Sequence record: SRR22947727_316
Reading direction: 5' to 3' (one strand)
DNA length: 55,420 bases
A model generated the notes under the pieces. That model saw only the letters and a list, made by a program, of their open reading frames with translations, ran no database searches and had not been told where the DNA came from. Made by a program: the position numbers and the translations under genes. Shown here in pieces: positions 9,502 to 16,348 of the stretch (position 1 is its first letter; the number at the start of each line of letters is the position of its first letter).

Positions 9502-9678
9502 ATGGAGAATGAAATCAAAAATTTCAAAATGGAATTGAGTAAAATTGCTTGGTTCATGCGTGGAGGAGTCACCATGGACGAGTTGTACGGTAGCAGTCCA
9601 GAAGATAGAGAAGTGTTTGCCAAGGTAATCAAGGACAACCTAGACACTGCCAAAAAAACAGGACAACCGTTCTTTTAA
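9502..9678 (+). CDS. gp51-like baseplate hub assembly protein (58 aa; possibly the C-terminus of a frameshift fusion)
   Basis: Below the ORF-track cutoff. Hand translation: MENEIKNFKMELSKIAWFMRGGVTMDELYGSSPEDREVFAKVIKDNLDTAKKTGQPFF. No clear SD before 9502. Confidence 0.7.
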   Translation: MENEIKNFKMELSKIAWFMRGGVTMDELYGSSPEDREVFAKVIKDNLDTAKKTGQPFF

Positions 9679-9765
9679 CACATCACACACTATATAAAGT
9701 ATAAAAAAATGCACACACACGGTGTCTAAAACCAAATAGCACCATTTAATCAATGACACAGTCGT

Positions 9766-9773
9766 TCTAAATA
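9766..9773 (+). promoter_or_regulatory. Putative late promoter TCTAAATA for the HemD-like gene
   Basis: TAAATA box 8 nt upstream of ATG 9782; no SD. Confidence 0.5.
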
Positions 9774-9781
9774 ATTCACAT

Positions 9782-10351
9782 ATGCAAATTTACACACAAA
9801 TTGTGCGACCCCAAGAGCTGGATGAAGACGACCTCTGGATTCCCTGTCTTAAAACTGCCACTGTTGAACACTCTCCTGCAGATGCACAAGCACTGATCAT
9901 CACTCACATCGAAGCCATCAATCATTATGCACACAGTCTGTCAGAACTGTTGGAACAAAAAGTGTATGCGGTGGGATCCAAGACTTATGACCGCCTTGTG
10001 GCGGCGGGCTTTGCAGAAAATAATATTCATTGGCGACACACAGCCAACGATTTAAAACTGCGTTCCAAAAACACAGGCCCACTCACTTGGCTCCACGGAG
10101 ACAAGTACGCCAGAGATTTTCGTGCCATACCAGAAGTTACTGCCATACAGACTTACGAATCGAAACCAGATCCTTCAGCCATCAAACAGATATTGAAATT
10201 GGAGCCAGATGTTGTTCATGTGTATTCAGAATCAGTATTAAAAGAATTAGAGATTAGAAACTGGAGTCACACCAAGTTGAAACACGTTGCGTCAGCGGAA
10301 CCAGATGTCAGTGTGTGGTTGGATTGTGAATCATTTGATCCTAATGTTTAA
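9782..10351 (+). CDS. hemD: Uroporphyrinogen-III synthase (HemD)-like protein, shortened and divergent
   Basis: Ordered HemD-like motifs: IPCLKT, ALIITH..AI, KVYAVGSKTYDRLVAAGF, LTWLHG...RD, IQTYES, PDVVHVYSES. Confidence 0.65.
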   Translation: MQIYTQIVRPQELDEDDLWIPCLKTATVEHSPADAQALIITHIEAINHYAHSLSELLEQKVYAVGSKTYDRLVAAGFAENNIHWRHTANDLKLRSKNTGPLTWLHGDKYARDFRAIPEVTAIQTYESKPDPSAIKQILKLEPDVVHVYSESVLKELEIRNWSHTKLKHVASAEPDVSVWLDCESFDPNV

Positions 10352-10730
10352 GAACGACTCACGTCGTTCTGCTTTTCGCTTGTGCTCAAGCATTTAAGCA
10401 ATTACATAACGAAGTTATGTTGTCATCATGCAGACAGTTGATCCATACTTCACCCAGTAACGGGAAAAGTATGTAGACATCATGCGAGACTAGCCTGCCA
10501 TTTTGTGAGAGGAACTTTTGTGCGGAAGCGGTAACCCGTCAACTCCCTATTCCAGACTTCATCAGTCACGGTCAACTGCGGCACCCTTCACAAACAAAGT
10601 GAGCAGTTGTGATGTTGTATCTTTTTCACAGAGCATCTTCTTTTATGCCTTTAGTAAGCACTTTCCTTGCAACTCAGGATTCACCATTATGTTTCAAATG
10701 CATTTCCTGGATCTACGATCAGTTGTGTTG
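10351..10730 (-). ncRNA. Large structured non-coding RNA candidate (~380 nt), family not recognised
   Basis: Largest intergenic gap in the window and visibly GC-richer than its flanks. About 10 complementary helices including a likely pseudoknot. G-U wobbles and a GUGA (GNRA) tetraloop work on the minus strand. Confidence 0.7.
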
Positions 10731-11165
10731 CTATATTGCCTTGTTGTAATTTTTAAGTTCTTCTTTTAGGATTCTTGAACCACCAACTCTTACATTGATG
10801 ATACCGTTGTAATATTCGTCGGATTCTAATACTCGTCTTTCGAATTGTTCCCGAGCTTCGAGATAACTCATTACGCCTCTAGTTTTGCAAATGTACAATA
10901 TTTCTCTTGTAAACTTGTCTTCGCCTAATTCTGTCACGTCAGCATTTAGATGATCTGAGGAACCCCAATATTCTTTCCAGTCAGATTCAACTTTGCTTCT
11001 ACGTTTGTTTATCCTGCCTTTAAGTGGCGGACGTGTCTTCTTGAATTTTGCTAATTTTTTACCCACATACCGTTTACCATTGGTTGTGTTTGTGATCAAA
11101 TACACAAATCCTTCACAGTCTTCCGGCAATGTTTGAATGGGTTTACCCTGATAAGTCCATGGCAT
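10731..11165 (-). CDS. Minimal GIY-YIG family endonuclease (Seg-like catalytic domain only)
   Basis: GFVYLITNTTNGKRYVGKK, YWGSS, FTREIL, conserved Glu (YLEAREQ) and YYNG; basic insert KFKKTRPPLKGRINKRRSK. Confidence 0.85.
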   Translation of the reverse strand: MPWTYQGKPIQTLPEDCEGFVYLITNTTNGKRYVGKKLAKFKKTRPPLKGRINKRRSKVESDWKEYWGSSDHLNADVTELGEDKFTREILYICKTRGVMSYLEAREQFERRVLESDEYYNGIINVRVGGSRILKEELKNYNKAI

Positions 11166-11182
11166 ATGGACATACTTACTGA

Positions 11183-11401
11183 TTATTTTTTTCGCTGTTG
11201 CTGTTTGTGGATCTTGGACACTTTATATTGTTCTTCTAGCTCTTTACGTCTAAGACGTGCCAAAATTCTAATTTCCGCCAGTGCCAATCTAGCGGCAACT
11301 TTTGTGGCAAGGCTTTGCCTCTTGGCAAACAACTCGTTTGCTTTAAAATACGCCATGTATGCTTGGGTCAGTTTGTCGTGAGTATCATCTTGAATGGTCA
11401 T
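11183..11401 (-). CDS. Small basic helical hypothetical protein (72 aa)
   Basis: MTIQDDTHDKLTQAYMAY...ARLALAEIRILARLRRKE; start overlaps the end of gp46. Confidence 0.65.
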   Translation of the reverse strand: MTIQDDTHDKLTQAYMAYFKANELFAKRQSLATKVAARLALAEIRILARLRRKELEEQYKVSKIHKQQQRKK

Positions 11402-13169
11402 TTGTTTCCACATCGTTGGCATATGCTGTGAAGCCGTTTTCTTTAACAACTCTAAGCACGTTGTTCACTCTGCCCATTAATTCATCTTTATGAGATATTA
11501 AAAATATGTTTTTGCCTGATTCTCTGCTCATTTTTTTCAGAATAGCCAAACTGCTTTCAACTCCTGCTGAATCCATACCAGAATCTATCAATTCATCTAA
11601 AAACAACAAGTTAATTTTTTGATACAAATTTTCCCATACATCTCTAAACGCAAAACTTAAACCTAAAATTAATCTATTTCTTTCACCTCTACTCAGATTG
11701 TCAAAGTCTAGTTCTTGTCCCAGTTGAGTGATCTCCACACTTAAATCATTTTTAAATGTGACCAAGTGTGGAAGACCCAATTGATCCAAGTAGTGAGTTA
11801 ACCTGTTGTTCAAAAAGGTTAAGTTTTGATCAATTATTTTTTTCCTTATGAAGGAATCTTTGTTTGTTAACAGTTTGTGTAAAAATTCTTGATGTTCTTT
11901 TAATTTTTGCAGTGTATTTGCTGTGTCCCAATCTATTTTTTGTACTGCTTGATTTTTTAATTCATCTATTTGATCTAGATATGGATTAGCATCTTCTTTT
12001 TTGTTAACAAGTGCTGTGTTGATTGATTCTACATATTGTCTGTGATCATATGCTTCTTTTATGGTGTCATAGTATGTGTTAGGTCTTTGATCCAAATCAC
12101 CCACTGCTTCGATGTCTTTTACAGTTTGTTCCAATTGTTGTGCTAATTCCATCACATAACTGTTGGATTCTCCATATTCTTCTTCCAATGTTTTCTGCAT
12201 TTGTTCTATTTTATCTTGAGGCAGATCCTGACCACAAGCATAACAAGTGGCTTTGTGATTAAGTTTTTCTAAATCATCATGCAATTTTTTTGCTGTCTTA
12301 TCTGCTTGTTCGATGGTTGATTCCAAACCAGCTCTGTCTTTTTGCAATTGTTTTAACGCATCGTTCAGTTTTGTCCAATCTTCAAGTTTTTGATGTGTTT
12401 CTAATTCTTTATCAATGTCTACACTTTCTAACTCTTTTAAGTTTTTTTCTAATTTTTCTATGTCTGTGGTGTTCTGATTTTGCCAAGCACTGCTTTTGTT
12501 GTTTAAACTGTGAATTGTTTCTTCTACTTTTTCATTGCTAATTTTTAAACCTTCTAAACGTGCTGTTTCCAGTGCTATGTCTTCTTTTGAACGTTTGATG
12601 TGTGTTTTTAAGATGTCTGCTTTTTCAGACAACAACTGAATTCCTAACAGTTGTTCAATTATTTCTTGTTGTTCATTGTTGTGTAAACTTAAAAAAGGTT
12701 GAGTGTATGTGTTCAAAGCCACAATGTGTTTGAACATTTTTGGATTCATTCCAATCATTCTGTTTAGGTCTTCTTGTGTTTTACGTGAATCGCCTTGACT
12801 GACATCTGATAGTTCTTGCTCTTGATCGTCTATGTAATATTTCATTACATTGGGTTTTCTCCCCCGCTCCACTCTGTAAGTTATACCATCTTTTTCAAAT
12901 GCTATTGTGACCAACATAGCCTTGCCGTTGGTTTTGTTCACTAGATTGTCTTTACGTATCTTGGTAAGTGCTTCACCATACAATGCGTAACTCAGTGCAT
13001 TAACAATAGTGGTTTTACCTGTACCATTACGTGATCCTGCATCATCACCACCCATGTCTAAGTTTTCACCCAACACCAATGTTAACAATTTTTGTTGAAA
13101 GTCTATTGCTTGGGTTTGATTACCCACACTCATAAAGTTTTTTACAGTGAGTGTTTTAATCAGTATCAT
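11385..13169 (-). CDS. gp46: Recombination endonuclease ATPase subunit, gp46 (SbcC/Rad50-like)
   Basis: KNFMSVGN, Walker A NGTGKTT, zinc hook CYACGQ, signature LSRGE, Walker B LLFLDE and ISH. Confidence 0.95.
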   Translation of the reverse strand: MILIKTLTVKNFMSVGNQTQAIDFQQKLLTLVLGENLDMGGDDAGSRNGTGKTTIVNALSYALYGEALTKIRKDNLVNKTNGKAMLVTIAFEKDGITYRVERGRKPNVMKYYIDDQEQELSDVSQGDSRKTQEDLNRMIGMNPKMFKHIVALNTYTQPFLSLHNNEQQEIIEQLLGIQLLSEKADILKTHIKRSKEDIALETARLEGLKISNEKVEETIHSLNNKSSAWQNQNTTDIEKLEKNLKELESVDIDKELETHQKLEDWTKLNDALKQLQKDRAGLESTIEQADKTAKKLHDDLEKLNHKATCYACGQDLPQDKIEQMQKTLEEEYGESNSYVMELAQQLEQTVKDIEAVGDLDQRPNTYYDTIKEAYDHRQYVESINTALVNKKEDANPYLDQIDELKNQAVQKIDWDTANTLQKLKEHQEFLHKLLTNKDSFIRKKIIDQNLTFLNNRLTHYLDQLGLPHLVTFKNDLSVEITQLGQELDFDNLSRGERNRLILGLSFAFRDVWENLYQKINLLFLDELIDSGMDSAGVESSLAILKKMSRESGKNIFLISHKDELMGRVNNVLRVVKENGFTAYANDVETNDHSR

Positions 13170-14175
13170 TGTTTAAATCTCTATATATTTTAAGCAAAAC
13201 AGATTTATCAAATGCATCAGACTCAATTGTTTCAATTTCTTTAGAGACAATTTGATCCACACTTTCAAATTTTGTGATATCAAGTTCTGTGTTTATTTCT
13301 TCTTCTTGTTTGCTTGGGATTAATGTCATTTCTCTACAATTATATTCCTTCATAAAAGTCTCTTTGATATAACTGGCTTCTTCAAAACTGATGTCTATGT
13401 CTAATGTAACTCGTAGATGCATCTTCTTTTTCATAATTTCTTTGGTTTTGTCCAACAGTGTGCTTAATTTTACATTTCTGTACTTGGGACAATTATCCCA
13501 GTTGAAATAAACAGGCTCTGTGCCATGTTCTAATATCATCATGCCTCGATCATCGTCATCAACATCTGCATAATTGTGTGGAAAAGGATTGCCCAAATAA
13601 TGAATATTGTTTTTGACCTGTCTTTTATGAAAGTGTCCAGAGAACACATACTCTTGTTTTTTGAAATCACTCGCTCGTAACTCTCCTGTGTCAGGCATTT
13701 CCACCATTGCGTTCATAAAGAAGTTGGGTAATTCAAAGTGACCAAACATATATTTGCATTCCATGTTGCCAACTTTTTTCCATTCATTGTCTATTAACCA
13801 CGGCACTAATATGGTGTCACCTATTTTTGTAATTTTGTTAACCATGGTAATTCCTGGAATAAATCTGCCAAATTCTACAGATTGTATATCTCTGCTGTCT
13901 TTGTAATACAAATCATGATTGCCTGGAAAAAAATAAAAGTTATCAAATGCTTTTCCTAATTTTTCTAAACATCTTATGGAAGCATCCATAGTGGTTATGT
14001 TCACACTGTTTCTGTTGTGATGCCAGTCACCACAAAATAATCCTGTTTCACATCCGTGTTTTTTTGCTAACTCGATATACCAATCAACGAATTCCTCACA
14101 GTCATCGTTGTGTAATTTAGAATTGGATTTCAATCCGAAATGAATATCGGTGAAAACTGCTAATTTTTTGAACAA
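13156..14175 (-). CDS. gp47: Recombination endonuclease nuclease subunit, gp47 (SbcD/Mre11-like)
   Basis: Phosphoesterase motifs TDIHFG, GDWHH, GNHD, GHFE and SGHFH; TTG start with AGGAG SD. Confidence 0.95.
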   Translation of the reverse strand: MFKKLAVFTDIHFGLKSNSKLHNDDCEEFVDWYIELAKKHGCETGLFCGDWHHNRNSVNITTMDASIRCLEKLGKAFDNFYFFPGNHDLYYKDSRDIQSVEFGRFIPGITMVNKITKIGDTILVPWLIDNEWKKVGNMECKYMFGHFELPNFFMNAMVEMPDTGELRASDFKKQEYVFSGHFHKRQVKNNIHYLGNPFPHNYADVDDDDRGMMILEHGTEPVYFNWDNCPKYRNVKLSTLLDKTKEIMKKKMHLRVTLDIDISFEEASYIKETFMKEYNCREMTLIPSKQEEEINTELDITKFESVDQIVSKEIETIESDAFDKSVLLKIYRDLNNDTD

Positions 14176-14196
14176 AATAATCTCCTACTTTTCTTA

Positions 14197-14225
14197 AGAA
14201 TACACGAAAGTGTTGTATTTGTCAA
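14197..14225 (-). promoter_or_regulatory. Sigma70-type promoter TTGACA-17-TATTCT for gp47/gp46
   Basis: -35 at 14220-14225, -10 at 14197-14202, 17-bp spacer. Confidence 0.75.
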
Positions 14226-15065
14226 CTACTTTTTTGTTTTTTTGCTAACTTTGGTTTTTGCCGCTGATTTTGGTGCACCCGTATCGTTTGAAGTCTGTCT
14301 ACTCATACTGGGCATCATGTTGTTAATTTCCAAAATATCATCTCTTATGTTTTGATTACGTTTTTCGATATTGATAATTCTAACAAATGAGTTTGTAACT
14401 GCCGCTGTGTAGTAAGCAAACGGATTGTCTGATTTTGATTCATCAAACTGTAAACCAATCTGAGCCAATTGCAGTATGGCTTGTCCTTGCATTTCGTCAT
14501 TATAAGTGTAACCTCTCACATTACCTCTGGTGCCATAACGTTCACACAGTTTCATCCACATTCTTGCCAGTTCATTTGTGGCTCTGCCAGTGTCTTTATC
14601 GAATTTGCCGTTTTCCATTCCACCCTGCCAATGACTTTTGCCCACACATATTAGGTTGCCTTTTTTGTCATACTTCCAATGTTGGAATGGTGGAAAGTTC
14701 ACTTTGATTTTGTGATCTGCCACGGTCTTTGGGTTCTTTTTTCTACCAGGTTCGTCTGGCACATGCTCAAATGACATCACTCTAAACACAACATCATCTT
14801 TATCGATTTTTCTATAATCTATTTGACAATCGCCCAATTTAGTCTTTGGATCCAGTTTTTTACGTCTTTCGTAGTCTTGTTGTGTTAATTTTTTGGCTTT
14901 ATTTCTTTTTGCCTCAGCAATAGTTCTAATGTTTATTGCATCCACGCTTTTCACAATCATGTTGTATTCGCTGTATGCATCGTCTACAAAACTGCAAAAC
15001 GATGCCTTAGATTTGTGAATCTCCGACAAAATGTCTTTGTTATTTAGGTAATTGACTTTTTTCAT
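14226..15065 (-). CDS. gp55: Late transcription sigma factor, gp55-like
   Basis: NYLNNKDILSEI, RGYTYNDEM, FDESKSDNPFAYYT and NSFVRIINIEKRNQ; next to gp47 as in T4-like phages. Confidence 0.85.
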   Translation of the reverse strand: MKKVNYLNNKDILSEIHKSKASFCSFVDDAYSEYNMIVKSVDAINIRTIAEAKRNKAKKLTQQDYERRKKLDPKTKLGDCQIDYRKIDKDDVVFRVMSFEHVPDEPGRKKNPKTVADHKIKVNFPPFQHWKYDKKGNLICVGKSHWQGGMENGKFDKDTGRATNELARMWMKLCERYGTRGNVRGYTYNDEMQGQAILQLAQIGLQFDESKSDNPFAYYTAAVTNSFVRIINIEKRNQNIRDDILEINNMMPSMSRQTSNDTGAPKSAAKTKVSKKTKK

Positions 15066-15091
15066 TAATATTCCTTGTTATATATCTCTTC

Positions 15092-15120
15092 ATTATAAAC
15101 TACTCAGTTAATTTTGTCAA
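15092..15120 (-). promoter_or_regulatory. Perfect sigma70 consensus promoter TTGACA-17-TATAAT for gp55
   Basis: -35 at 15115-15120, -10 at 15092-15097. Confidence 0.85.
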
Positions 15121-15126
15121 TAAATA
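15119..15126 (+). promoter_or_regulatory. Late promoter AATAAATA for the baseplate operon
   Basis: 5 nt upstream of ATG 15132; overlaps the gp55 -35 box. Confidence 0.6.
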
Positions 15127-15131
15127 AATGT

Positions 15132-16046
15132 ATGCCAGATAATTACAACAAGAACATATTAAAGAGCATAGACAGTCTGAAAGACATGGGTCAAGACATA
15201 CAGAAAAATGTGTCTGGATTTTTAGATACAACAATCAATACAGCAGGAAAAACCTTGGGAGATTTATCTTCATTTGCTTTTGGTAAGGCCAAACGACTAA
15301 AAGGTGAGCTAAAAAAATTCACCGACGGCAAATTGAATATCGATTCTTCTGTATCACAGGTCCAATTCAGCTCAAACGGTGACACAGGAAATGGTGATCA
15401 AGATTGGCGTGTGAGTTTGTCATTGCCGCAGAGTATCAGAACTATGATGGATGGAGAAAAAACACTGTTGGATCCTTTAATAGCCACAGGCAACAAATTA
15501 GTTTTTCCTTATACTCCAACAATATTAGCATCACACACAGCCAACTGGAATCCGATGCAACCGGTACACACCAACTATCCATTTTATGCTTACGAAAATT
15601 CACGTGTGGATCAACTAACAATCACAGCACACTTCTATGTGCAGACTGAACAGGACGCTCAGTATTGGGTAGCGGCTGTGCATTATCTGAGATCAATGAC
15701 AAAAATGCATTATGGACGATCACCAAACAAAGGTGCTCCACCTCCAGTGGTAAAATTAAACGGATACGGAGATTTCACTTTCAAAGATGTTCCTGTGATT
15801 ATTACAAACTTTCAATTTGATTTAAAAGAAGATGTTGACTACATCAGCACAAAATTAACAAAAGGTGAACAGGCAGTGGACACGGGCGATGCAGTTGCCT
15901 CAACTGGCGGAACTTATGCTTGGGCACCAACAGAAAGTCAGATCAGTGTGTCTGTTGTACCACAATACAGCAGAACAAAACAAGCACAATTTGATCTTAA
16001 AGATTTTATTAAAAATGGCGGAACAACAGGAAGTGGATTTATTTAA
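15132..16046 (+). CDS. Baseplate tail-tube cap/initiator protein (gp48/gp54-like)
   Basis: Motifs LVFPYTP, YLRSMTKM, GAPPPVVKLNGYG and VPVIITNF, typical of tube-fold baseplate proteins. Start at ATG 15132 (MPDNYNK) is preferred. Confidence 0.6.
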   Translation: MPDNYNKNILKSIDSLKDMGQDIQKNVSGFLDTTINTAGKTLGDLSSFAFGKAKRLKGELKKFTDGKLNIDSSVSQVQFSSNGDTGNGDQDWRVSLSLPQSIRTMMDGEKTLLDPLIATGNKLVFPYTPTILASHTANWNPMQPVHTNYPFYAYENSRVDQLTITAHFYVQTEQDAQYWVAAVHYLRSMTKMHYGRSPNKGAPPPVVKLNGYGDFTFKDVPVIITNFQFDLKEDVDYISTKLTKGEQAVDTGDAVASTGGTYAWAPTESQISVSVVPQYSRTKQAQFDLKDFIKNGGTTGSGFI

Positions 16047-16348
16047 TGGCATTTTACACAGGTTCAAGTCCCTATGCATCGACACAAATTGTTGACGATC
16101 AATATCTCGACATAATGACAATACGTCCAGTGCCGGCAAAACCGGACGATGTGTTGTACACAGTGGAACCACAATACAATCATAGACCAGACTTATTGGC
16201 TTATGACCTTTACGGTAACCAAAAACTTTGGTGGGTGTTTGCTCAACGCAACATGGACAAAATTTCTGATCCAGTTTACGATCTTATTCCTGGCTTAGAA
16301 ATTTATATTCCACAAGGACCTGCTCTTAGAGATACACTAGGAGTCTAG
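16046..16348 (+). CDS. gp53: Baseplate wedge protein, gp53-like (LysM-like)
   Basis: RPDLLAYDLYGNQKLWWVFAQRN...IYIP. Confidence 0.8.
   Translation: MAFYTGSSPYASTQIVDDQYLDIMTIRPVPAKPDDVLYTVEPQYNHRPDLLAYDLYGNQKLWWVFAQRNMDKISDPVYDLIPGLEIYIPQGPALRDTLGV

Noticed and set aside
10540-10570. Hammerhead ribozyme (CUGAUGA on the minus strand)
   Set aside because: No GAAA after a stem II and no compatible stems I/III.
10420-10570. TIGR-like or box C/D array, or CRISPR array (AUGAUG twice, CUGA)
   Set aside because: No regular periodic repeats with spacers, and no Nop-domain or Cas gene in the window.
10351-10730. tmRNA, RNase P RNA or tRNA
   Set aside because: No tRNA-like ends, T-loop or CCA, and no RNase P P4 consensus (GAGGAAAGUCC ... 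AACAGAA).
10518-10769. 83-aa plus-strand ORF from the track
   Set aside because: No SD, atypical composition and overlap with the nuclease gene; better explained as antisense to the structured RNA.
10351-11165. Group I intron carrying a GIY-YIG homing endonuclease
   Set aside because: No interrupted host gene (the flanking ORFs are complete and convergent), and no paired R/S (P7) core elements found on the coding strand.
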